A stretch of DNA of 19,947 bases. It comes from Polyangiaceae bacterium (GTDB lineage Bacteria > Myxococcota_A > Polyangia > Polyangiales > Polyangiaceae). The translations under genes and the position numbers were made by a program. The stretch's first letter is position 1; every line of letters begins with the position of its first letter. This document shows positions 9,310 through 17,108 of the stretch, in pieces. Below the pieces are notes generated by a model. The model did no database searches and was not told the origin of the DNA. It saw only the letters and a list, made by a program, of their open reading frames with translations. Location of the stretch: positions 1 to 19,947 of the forward strand of contig JBILLK010000093.1 of the NCBI GenBank assembly GCA_044376115.1. Direction: 5' to 3'.

Positions 9310-9388
9310 GTGAGCTTTCCGCATTGCGCATGCTGTCGGCCGACAGACGATTGCGCGCGGCGCTCCCCGAGAGAGGGATGCTTGTCAC
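9179..9388 (-). CDS. 69-aa ORF whose C-terminal ~42 aa duplicate the C-terminus of the 666-aa protein; partial duplicate or translational-coupling ORF
   Basis: Ends HILRGGQRIGDDATEARVDALRTWSVGEDYLAVRAALGIGVE; GTG start overlaps the KilA-N stop (GTGA); stop lies 3 nt before the cas3 ATG. Confidence 0.45.
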   Translation of the reverse strand: MTSIPLSGSAARNRLSADSMRNAESSLHILRGGQRIGDDATEARVDALRTWSVGEDYLAVRAALGIGVE

Positions 9389-10314
9389 TTTCGGCTCGCT
9401 TTCTTTGTGGCCACGTTTGTACCAGGCAGGGCGCTTGAGCCTTGAGTCATGCGCTTCATCTCAATTGAGTTAAGGAGCGAACGCATCTGGACGATGGCGA
9501 TGGCGTTGAGCTGCACGAGTCGCTGTGCCGCAGGGAGGCCTTGGTGGATCAGTACCGAGTTGAGACTCTCAAGGTTCGAGAGCACGACGAGCTGCTCCAA
9601 AGTCGCGTGGTCACGCAGATTGCCCTCGACATCAGGATTCTCTTTGCGCCAGTCAGCCGCTGTCTTGCCGAAAAGCGCGACGTTCAGAAGGTCGGCCTCG
9701 GAGGCGTACACAAATGAGCGCTGTTGCTTGTTAAGCGTGGGAGGAATGAGGTGCGCTTGAACTGCGTCCGTGTGGATCCGGTAGTTCACCTTTGCGAGGG
9801 TCCGCTGGAAGCTCCACTCGCGGGACGTCCGGGCTGCCTCGTCGTCCTTGAGGCGCTGGAACTCCTTAATCAGATAAAGCTTAAACTCGGGGCTGAGCCA
9901 CGAACCGAACTCAAACGCGATATCGCGATGAGCGAAGGTTCCACCGTAGCGGCCTGCGGATGCATACACGCCGATCGCATTCGTCCTCTCGACCCACTTC
10001 TTAACCGAGAGAAAGAAGCTATTGCGCCCGGCCTCGTTTCTAATTCCCTCGAATTCGAGGGGATTAAACCCTGAGTTATTCAGCTGCTCCCATACCCCGA
10101 GAAAGAGCACCGTGTCCTTAGCTCTGAGCCATTGCTCGATGAGCGCGCCCTGGCCGTCGAAGTTGCGGACCATGTCCGAGAGCGAGATGTAGTCGTGCTC
10201 GTTGCGCGTCGCGACGCTTACGACGCTGCCCTTCACGATGATGCTCCGGTTCCGCGCGCTCTTCAGACCCTTCGGTTCCTCGATCGGCGGCCCATCTTTC
10301 TTCTTTCCTGCCAT
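9385..10314 (-). CDS. KilA-N domain DNA-binding protein
   Basis: DYISLSDM, IEQWLR..T..FLG.WE..NN..FN..EF and GRYGGTFAHRDIAFEFGSWLSPEFKLYLIKEFQRLK motifs of the widespread ~280-aa KilA-N family. Confidence 0.93.
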   Translation of the reverse strand: MAGKKKDGPPIEEPKGLKSARNRSIIVKGSVVSVATRNEHDYISLSDMVRNFDGQGALIEQWLRAKDTVLFLGVWEQLNNSGFNPLEFEGIRNEAGRNSFFLSVKKWVERTNAIGVYASAGRYGGTFAHRDIAFEFGSWLSPEFKLYLIKEFQRLKDDEAARTSREWSFQRTLAKVNYRIHTDAVQAHLIPPTLNKQQRSFVYASEADLLNVALFGKTAADWRKENPDVEGNLRDHATLEQLVVLSNLESLNSVLIHQGLPAAQRLVQLNAIAIVQMRSLLNSIEMKRMTQGSSALPGTNVATKKASRK

Positions 10315-10448
10315 GGCCTACTCCACCCCAATGCCGAGTGCGGCCCGGACGGCGAGGTAGTCCTCACCGACGGACCAGGTTCTGAGTGCGTCAACACGCG
10401 CTTCGGTAGCGTCGTCGCCGGTGGGCTGGCCGCCACGCAAGATGTGAA
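10270..10448. repeat. Direct repeat copy 2 (179 bp)
   Basis: Matches 9131-9309; spans the 3' end of the 666-aa gene, TAG-GCC-ATG and the first ~15 codons of the next gene. Confidence 0.97.
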
Positions 10449-12318
10449 CCGCTCGCTCGAGGTCGTGGCAGAGCAACAGGCCGAGGCGGTCTGCGGTTGC
10501 GTCGACCGCGTGAAACCATACAGCGATATTGATGTCGCGCGGGTCGAGTCCTTCCGTCTCTCGCGCGATGATGATGCGCTCGTCGGGGTCCACCTGGGTT
10601 TGGAGCATGCTCTGCTCGAGATGGCTCAGCTGCTCAAACTGCGTCGCTCCACGAGCGAGAGCGAACGCCGAATCAACCCAACGACGCAGCTCCTGTTCCA
10701 CCGGCACCAGCCGTCGCGCGTAGTGTCCAGGGATGAAGTAGCTCAGATAATTGGCTGCGACGAACGCAGCGTCACGGCCATCAGCAAAGGCTGGGGCATA
10801 CGCACCAAGTCCAATCGAAGGCACATCACCGTGAATGGCGAAGATGGCCAGCGGCGCGGTCGCGTGTTGGTAAATGGGAGGCAGGGAAACACCCAGAACA
10901 CGCCCTGCGTAGACCAGCGTCTGACTCAGCAACGAATGATGCGCAGGGTCGGGCCGGTGCGCGTCGGTGTAGCCCTGCGCGGCGGTGGGACGACCGTAGC
11001 GCTCGATCAGCGCTGGCAACAGATAGTCGATCACCATCGTCGCTCGCGGATCCGCACCGGAGTGCCGCACGTGGCGTGCAAAGAGTTCGGCCGACAGCGG
11101 CGCCTTCGCGTGGGCAGCGCTCTCAGCGCGCCGCGTCTCATAGAAGACCTGCTCCGAGTCCTCCGCCGAGCCAAGCGTCACCAGGGCTTGGCAGGCCAAC
11201 CAGATCCCATCGGAACGTCGTGCTTGGGTGTAGGCACGACGGAGCTCGCGGTAGCCCTCCGGTTCTCGCGGGCTCGATACGATCACGGCCGTACGCTCGG
11301 TGATCAGTTTGGCGCGCGCCTCGGCCGCCTCGGCCTTCAGCCGTCGGCGCTCACCCGCCCGAACACCGTGGACATAGCGGTCATCGAACGTGAGGCCGAC
11401 GCTGCGCGCCGACGCTGCAACCTCTGCAGCAGGCAGATCGAACGGCAACGCAAGGATGAACGCGGTCTTCGTTAGCTTCTTCGGCCGGCCGCGCTTGGTC
11501 TCCTCCAGCGCAAAGTACATTCGAGCCGTCGTCGCCCCTGCGTAGAATATCCGCCCCGCCTTGGCCAACCGCTTTGCCGCGCCTCGCCAGTCGAGCCCGT
11601 CGAGCCCCAGCGCATCGAACCCAGCGCGTGCCTTCGTCCCTGGATTCGCCTTGATGTAGCCCAATACCTGCTCGGATATCGAGGCGAGCTCCGCGTTGGT
11701 CCTGCGGATGCGCGTCTTGCTCGACCCCTCGCCGGCCTCAGCAGCATCATCAGCGTCGTCATCCTCGTCGTCCCAAAGGAGGCTATCGGGGGCGCTCTCG
11801 CTCGAGCTCGTCGTCGCGGCCTCCTCCTCTTCTTCCTCCACAATCGATGGCGGCAAGGCAGAGTCCTCACCTGCGTCATCCTCGACCTCATCAGGGAGTT
11901 CCTCGCCAAAAAGACTCAGGTCCGCCTTCTCGACCTTCACGGCTTCAGTCGGCTGCCCCTCCTCTCCGAAGTTGGTCGCTAGCGCACGCATCTCCGCGAT
12001 GTTCCGCTCCGCGCCCTCGTCCCGTGGCTCGTTTGGTGGAGCCACACTCGGCGGTGGCGCGGCAGCGAAGCCAACGCTCTCCTCCGCCAAGACAGCGACA
12101 GGCGACCTCGCGGTCTCCGCACGCGCTCGCGCTGCCAGCGCCTCGCGGTAGCCCATCTCGTAAGCGCGTCGCAGCGCGTCGGTTAGTCGCGTTCTCACCG
12201 CGCCCTCCAAGGCCTGCATCTCCGCTGGGCCAAGGCGCGCGCCCACCGCACGGTCGATCGTATCCAGCAAATCCGGCTCATGCTGCTCGAGCAGCAGCTT
12301 CACGATCGGGTCGCTCAT
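10318..12318 (-). CDS. Multidomain hypothetical protein: acidic tract, winged HTH, AT-hook-like KRGRPKK and a C-terminal AgmK-like / inactive M48-like domain
   Basis: SEQVLGYIKANPG...KRLAKAGRIFYAGATTARMYFA (wHTH-like); KTAFILALP...YVHGVR; C-terminal TADRLGLLLCHDL...WSVGEDYLAVRAALGI resembles C-termini of myxobacterial TPR/AgmK proteins (recognised from memory, not searched); ATGA overlap with the upstream gene. Confidence 0.75.
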   Translation of the reverse strand: MSDPIVKLLLEQHEPDLLDTIDRAVGARLGPAEMQALEGAVRTRLTDALRRAYEMGYREALAARARAETARSPVAVLAEESVGFAAAPPPSVAPPNEPRDEGAERNIAEMRALATNFGEEGQPTEAVKVEKADLSLFGEELPDEVEDDAGEDSALPPSIVEEEEEEAATTSSSESAPDSLLWDDEDDDADDAAEAGEGSSKTRIRRTNAELASISEQVLGYIKANPGTKARAGFDALGLDGLDWRGAAKRLAKAGRIFYAGATTARMYFALEETKRGRPKKLTKTAFILALPFDLPAAEVAASARSVGLTFDDRYVHGVRAGERRRLKAEAAEARAKLITERTAVIVSSPREPEGYRELRRAYTQARRSDGIWLACQALVTLGSAEDSEQVFYETRRAESAAHAKAPLSAELFARHVRHSGADPRATMVIDYLLPALIERYGRPTAAQGYTDAHRPDPAHHSLLSQTLVYAGRVLGVSLPPIYQHATAPLAIFAIHGDVPSIGLGAYAPAFADGRDAAFVAANYLSYFIPGHYARRLVPVEQELRRWVDSAFALARGATQFEQLSHLEQSMLQTQVDPDERIIIARETEGLDPRDINIAVWFHAVDATADRLGLLLCHDLERAVHILRGGQPTGDDATEARVDALRTWSVGEDYLAVRAALGIGVE

Positions 12319-13481
12319 CCTGCGTTCGCTCCGTTCGTTGCTAGCGCCGCAATTAGCTCACGCGTGAGTAGCCGCGTCGTCTCCTTGCCCCCGCTGCCGG
12401 TACGCTCTCGCCAAAGTCCGGCTGTCTCAAATCTCGCAGCGCCGACCTTCGTCTTCCATGGCGCGATGATCTCGGTGATCGACACGCGTGGGTCTGCGTC
12501 GCGTGCAAAGACCAGTCGCAACACTTCCCGCGAAGCCTGAATGAAAGCGCGCAACGCGAGCAGCGAATGCGTTGAGTAGCCTGGCTTCCCCCAACCATCG
12601 GCGAACACCTTCGCGATCTCTTGGAAGTAGTGGTTGTAGAGCGCTGGCGCGTGCGCCTCGAACGTATCGACCCAAGCGGCGCCACCCGCCTCCTTCCGAA
12701 TATCGTCGAGTACTCGACGCAGCTCTTGGGCCAAGCCGGACTGCGCAACGCGGCCCTGACCGACACCCAACATCTTGATGTCCCCACGCAACGCCGAGTG
12801 TTCGTCGTCGTTGAGCAGCTTGATGACGTCATGCACCCGAGCGCTTCGTTCATCGGCAAAGAGCTTCTGTCCGCTCAGGCTCAGCAGCAAAGACGGATTC
12901 AGCTTCGTGTGCTTCGAGTTGATGGTGACGAACATCTCCACCACCGCATCGGCACCGAGCCCCGCGAACAGCACAGCCGGGATCTGCAGGTCGCGCAGCG
13001 CAGCCGCCGTGGTTGCATCCACCTCCGGCGAGGCCAAGAGCGCGCTCACTGCCAGCAGACGATGTTGCCCATCGAGCACGCGAAGGGCGCCATCCTCGTC
13101 CTCGAGCTGCAACAGCCCCACGAACGGATTCGATCCCTCTGCGCGAAATGTCACCGGCTCGTCCGTCGTCAGGAGCACGGCGCCTGGTAACGCAGGAAGC
13201 TGACCGCTCTCGCGTACATCGAGCACGTACGCGGCCAGCTCCTCAATCTTCTTCTTCAAGATCGGTCGCTGATACGCCTCATCGGACGCCTGCACCCGTT
13301 CCTCCAAGTCCGACCAGTTCACGAGCGAGCCCTTGCTGCGCTTTGGCTTGGCCTTCCCCTCGGTTGTCGCTTCTCCCAAGACCTCAAAGCGAACCAGCCG
13401 CTCCACGTCTGATGCGGAGAGGTTGAGAAGATAGACCGTCTGCGAGAACTGCTGAACCTTCAGAGCGGGAAGCACGAGCAT
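12315..13481 (-). CDS. DGQHR domain protein (DndB-like, ParB/sulfiredoxin superfamily)
   Basis: YQRPI...I..YV, LPGAVLL, RVLDGQHRL and EMFVTINSK.TKL motifs define the DGQHR family. Confidence 0.92.
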   Translation of the reverse strand: MLVLPALKVQQFSQTVYLLNLSASDVERLVRFEVLGEATTEGKAKPKRSKGSLVNWSDLEERVQASDEAYQRPILKKKIEELAAYVLDVRESGQLPALPGAVLLTTDEPVTFRAEGSNPFVGLLQLEDEDGALRVLDGQHRLLAVSALLASPEVDATTAAALRDLQIPAVLFAGLGADAVVEMFVTINSKHTKLNPSLLLSLSGQKLFADERSARVHDVIKLLNDDEHSALRGDIKMLGVGQGRVAQSGLAQELRRVLDDIRKEAGGAAWVDTFEAHAPALYNHYFQEIAKVFADGWGKPGYSTHSLLALRAFIQASREVLRLVFARDADPRVSITEIIAPWKTKVGAARFETAGLWRERTGSGGKETTRLLTRELIAALATNGANAG

Positions 13482-13520
13482 TTTGAATCGCCCTTTCCTG
13501 GAACGAACACGTCATTGCCT

Positions 13521-14630
13521 TTACCAATCAACATTCACCGCAGCCGGCTTCCGCTTCTCCCCAGCGGCCACCTTCGCACGCCCTTGTCTCACCTTGGCTG
13601 AGACACCTTGTGCGTCGTACCTCTCGAGGGCTTCGCGCAGCTCCTGTTCGGCGCGCGCCCTCAGCTCGGCTGGCGCAAGCGCTTCAGCCTTGCGTCCCCA
13701 GCTCAGCGTCCACTTCAGCGCCTCGTGAATACCGGCGACCTGCGCGCGGACGACAACACTTCCGTCCTCTGCGGTCTCCACGCGCTGGTCTTTGATCAGC
13801 GGGAACTCGCTGACAAACCGCGCGCCCTCGGGCGAGATGCGGATGGCGACTTCGACGACGTCGCCGGACCAGGTAACCACCGCACGGTCCATCGGAGCTG
13901 GTTGTCGCGCCGCGCGGTTAAAGCGTTCGCCGATCGTCGCGCTCTCGATGCGTGCGATCTTGAAGGTGCGCTGCGCGTCGGTGTCGATCTCGTTCGCCAG
14001 CAAGTACACCTGGCTCTTGGCGAGACGGAGCTCGAGCGGAGCTACCTCGCGCGTGCGCGCCGCTGCATCACTCGCCCCGCGATAGCGCAGGCTCAGCTGC
14101 CGCGACTCGGAGAGAGCACGCTCCACCAAGCTGAGCACCTGCGCGCTCGACGCTGCGGGCTCTGGCTTGAGGGCGACTTGCGCGCCCGAAGCCTCCGCTG
14201 GCCGCTCGTCTCGCAGCTTCTGAAGCTCGCGGAACATCTGCGTGCCTTGGAACGGCTTAAGCGCCTCACAGGCAAGGATCAGCGCGTGCCGGCCAACGGC
14301 GCTGCGCATACCCGGCAATGGGTCACCGAGGAGCACGTAGCGCGCTTCACCCGTCACCATCGACTTGGTGATCGCGATCCCAACCTCGCTCAAGAAATCG
14401 AGATAGCGATATACCGTCGCCCGGCCGACATGCAGGTGCTCGCCCATCTGCGCGACGGTCCGGCCAATCTTGGCTTTGTGTAGGTATTGGACGAGCGCCC
14501 ACTGCCGCCGAAAGGCCTCCTGTTGCTGGCCTCTGCGCGGCTTCTGCCGGGCGCCCCCACGCCCTGTTGAGCGCTCTGCGACCGCTAAAGCCCTTGATCT
14601 TGTTGACGCCCCCATCAATGAACCTGGCAC
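13521..14630 (-). CDS. HTH-WYL-WCX transcriptional regulator (start uncertain: GTG 14630 or ATG 14615)
   Basis: HTH TVAQMGEHLHVGRATVYRYLDFL; WYL region RYRGAS...REVAPLEL...VYLLA...RTFKIARI; WCX WTLSWGRKAEALAPAELR. Confidence 0.92.
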   Translation of the reverse strand: MPGSLMGASTRSRALAVAERSTGRGGARQKPRRGQQQEAFRRQWALVQYLHKAKIGRTVAQMGEHLHVGRATVYRYLDFLSEVGIAITKSMVTGEARYVLLGDPLPGMRSAVGRHALILACEALKPFQGTQMFRELQKLRDERPAEASGAQVALKPEPAASSAQVLSLVERALSESRQLSLRYRGASDAAARTREVAPLELRLAKSQVYLLANEIDTDAQRTFKIARIESATIGERFNRAARQPAPMDRAVVTWSGDVVEVAIRISPEGARFVSEFPLIKDQRVETAEDGSVVVRAQVAGIHEALKWTLSWGRKAEALAPAELRARAEQELREALERYDAQGVSAKVRQGRAKVAAGEKRKPAAVNVDW

Positions 14631-14832
14631 ATTAACGGGTCATTGGCATTCTTGGAAGCACGCAGGCAACAAAGGCACCTCGGCCCGTTCCGCCAACTGC
14701 CTCAATTCGCACCATCCCCGCCGGGAAGCGACGGAGCGTAACGATAGATGACTATCCAATAACCCACTCTTTTGCCCAGTCAGCCCGTTTCCGCCACCAT
14801 GCTTTCTGGCGCTTTGGCGCCTGGGAGGGTCG
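14631..14832. promoter_or_regulatory. Divergent intergenic promoter region between the interference operon and the adaptation operon
   Basis: Head-to-head gene arrangement; RBS GGGAGG before the cas4-cas1 ATG; short palindrome GATAG-N4-CTATC at 14743-14756; GCCCGTT(T)CCGCCA repeated at about 14683 and 14783. Confidence 0.55.
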
Positions 14833-16635
14833 ATGGGGTCGGAGAAGTTACCGTTATCGCTGGAGGAGACGCTCCAAGCGTCGCTGCGCGCCAAGCCACT
14901 TCCGCGTCGTGAGCCGGAGGGCGAAGCGGAGCCGCCTATCCCGGCTCGCATGGTGAACGAGGTACTCTATTGCGAGCGTCTTTTTTACCTCGAATACGTA
15001 CAAGGCGAATTCGCGCATAACTTCTTTACGCTCGATGGCCAAGCCGTCCACAAGCGCGCCGATCGCCCGGGTGGGCGCTTACCCGCCCCGCCGCAAGAAC
15101 CGGGAGCTGGGGCCAATGAGGAGCACGAAGGAGCTCCCCCTTACGCGGCCCGCAGCGTCCATCTTACCTCCGAGCGCCTTGGCCTTACCGCCAAGATCGA
15201 CGTCGTTGAAGGGCACGAATCGGGCACCGTCATTCCCATTGAATACAAGCGCGGCAGCGCGCCTGACGTTCCGGAAGGTGCCTACCTCCCGGAACGCGCG
15301 CAGCTATGTGCGCAGGTGCTTCTGCTGCGGGACCACGGCTATAACGTCCGTGAAGCGGCGCTCTACTTCGCTAAGAACAAGCGGCGCGTCACCATCACCA
15401 TCGATGAAGAGCTGGAACGCACAACACTCGCAGCCATCGCGCGCTCCAATACATTAGCGAAGCAAGCGGAACTCCCTCCGCCCTTGGTGGACAGCCCTAA
15501 GTGCTTCGGCTGCTCACTCGTCGGCATCTGTTTACCCGACGAGGTGAACCTGCTTCGCGCCCTATCCACCAAGCCGGGTGCCAACGAGAACGAAGAGGCT
15601 CCTCCCAAACAGCGACTGCGCCAGGTCGTCCCACCCCGCGACGATCAACTAGCCCTCTACGTTCAAGAACAAGGAGCCCGCATCGGTCTCGACGGCGACG
15701 TGCTCCAGATTAAAACGCCCCAAGGCGAGAAGGTGGAAGCGCGCATTCCACAGACGTCGCAAGTTTGCCTCATGGGCAACGTCCAGATCAGCACGCAAGC
15801 CATTCGCGCCTTGCTCGATCGTGCGATTCCCATCAGCTACTTCACCACGGGCGGCTACTTCGTTGGGCGCACCATCGCCAACGACACCAACAACGTCGAA
15901 CTTCGAACAGCCCAATATCGCATCGCCGACCAGCCCGACCGCTGCCTCGCCTTAGCGCGAGGCTGGGTCGCCTCCAAAATTCGCAACTGCCGAACCCTGC
16001 TCCGCCGCAACCACGTCAAACCCGACCCAACCGTTCTGTTTGAGTTGGAGCAGCTGGCAAAAAAGGCCGAAAATTGCGAGGCGCTCGAGAGCCTACTTGG
16101 CATTGAAGGCACCGCTGCGCGCAGCTACTTTGGAGCGTTCAGCGGCATGCTTACCGCAGAGCTCGGCTTTGAACTCAACGGCCGCAACCGCAGGCCGCCG
16201 CGAGATCCCGTCAACGCTTTGCTCTCACTCGGCTATGCGCTCTTGGCCAAAGAGCTAACCATTGCGGCAGCCGGCGCGGGACTTGACCCGCTACGCGGCT
16301 TCTATCACCAACCAAGGCACGGAAAGCCGGGCTTGGCGCTCGACCTCATGGAAGAGTTCCGCCCGCTCCTCGCCGACTCGACGGTCCTCGGCGTCATCAA
16401 TCAAGGCACCATCACGCCGACCGACTTCCTCGTCCACCCCACCGGGGTTTCTCTCAACCCAGCTGCCCGCCGACGCTTCATCCTCGCCTACCAACGCCGG
16501 CTCGAACAACAGGTTACCCATCCCATCTTCGGCTATCGCATTAGCTATCGGCGTATCCTCGACGTCCAGGCACGCCTCCTCGGCCGCGTCCTCCTCGGCG
16601 AGATCCCGGAGTATCCCGCCTTCCGGACGAGGTAA
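14833..16635 (+). CDS. cas1: Cas4-Cas1 fusion protein
   Basis: Cas4: YCER, KIDVVE, PIEYKRG, QLCAQ, CFGCSLVGIC (four Cys). Cas1: LGIEGTAARSYF, RNRRPPRDPVNALLS, GFYH, LALDLMEEFR. Confidence 0.97.
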   Translation: MGSEKLPLSLEETLQASLRAKPLPRREPEGEAEPPIPARMVNEVLYCERLFYLEYVQGEFAHNFFTLDGQAVHKRADRPGGRLPAPPQEPGAGANEEHEGAPPYAARSVHLTSERLGLTAKIDVVEGHESGTVIPIEYKRGSAPDVPEGAYLPERAQLCAQVLLLRDHGYNVREAALYFAKNKRRVTITIDEELERTTLAAIARSNTLAKQAELPPPLVDSPKCFGCSLVGICLPDEVNLLRALSTKPGANENEEAPPKQRLRQVVPPRDDQLALYVQEQGARIGLDGDVLQIKTPQGEKVEARIPQTSQVCLMGNVQISTQAIRALLDRAIPISYFTTGGYFVGRTIANDTNNVELRTAQYRIADQPDRCLALARGWVASKIRNCRTLLRRNHVKPDPTVLFELEQLAKKAENCEALESLLGIEGTAARSYFGAFSGMLTAELGFELNGRNRRPPRDPVNALLSLGYALLAKELTIAAAGAGLDPLRGFYHQPRHGKPGLALDLMEEFRPLLADSTVLGVINQGTITPTDFLVHPTGVSLNPAARRRFILAYQRRLEQQVTHPIFGYRISYRRILDVQARLLGRVLLGEIPEYPAFRTR

Positions 16636-16637
16636 CC

Positions 16638-16928
16638 GTGCAGCAAACCTTCATCGTCTCCTATGACATTGCCGACCCAAAGCGCCTCCGCCTCGTCTTC
16701 AAGCTTATGAAGGGCTGGGGAGACCACCTGCAGTTCTCCGTCTTCCGCTGTGACCTCTCCCCGTCTGAAGTGGTTGAACTCCAAGCAGAACTCAAAAGCA
16801 TCATTAACAGCGGCGAAGATCAGGTACTCTTCATCGACCTCGGCCCAGCAGACGGCCGAGCCCTCGCCTGCATCGACGCCATCGGCCTCCCCTGCCCGCC
16901 CGCCTACAAGACAGCCATCGTCGTTTAA
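16638..16928 (+). CDS. cas2: CRISPR-associated endonuclease Cas2
   Basis: IVSYDIADPKRLR, HLQFSVFRCDL and EDQVLFIDLG motifs; 96 aa, GTG start directly after cas1. Confidence 0.96.
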   Translation: MQQTFIVSYDIADPKRLRLVFKLMKGWGDHLQFSVFRCDLSPSEVVELQAELKSIINSGEDQVLFIDLGPADGRALACIDAIGLPCPPAYKTAIVV

Positions 16929-17108
16929 ACGCCGCGAGCGGCCAAGTGATGAACCACCCCCCGCCACCGCTCGCAGCCCCTAGCCCCTTGAAAACCCAAC
17001 CTTTTTTAGCTACAGTATCGCCAAGTGTTCCTTGCACCTCCCCTCCCGAGCCAACCGCTCGCAAACCCCTCGGCAACCCCACGGAATTGCCCAGGTCCCA
17101 GGGGAGCC
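16929..17108 (+). promoter_or_regulatory. CRISPR leader
   Basis: 180 bp between cas2 and the first repeat; GCGAGCGG (16934) / CCGCTCGCA (16967, 17055) motifs and an IHF-like TAGCCCCTTGAAA at 16981. Confidence 0.85.

Noticed and set aside
10132..11475. 447-aa plus-strand ORF and other long antisense ORFs (e.g. 8501-9313, 13608-14483)
   Set aside because: Shadow ORFs of well-supported minus-strand genes in GC-rich DNA; no recognisable motifs.
14681..14712. CGTTCCGCC...GCCTCAATT as a degenerate repeat of a CreA/CreR-like mini-array
   Set aside because: The hairpin and ATTGAAGC handle are missing; similarity is too fragmentary.
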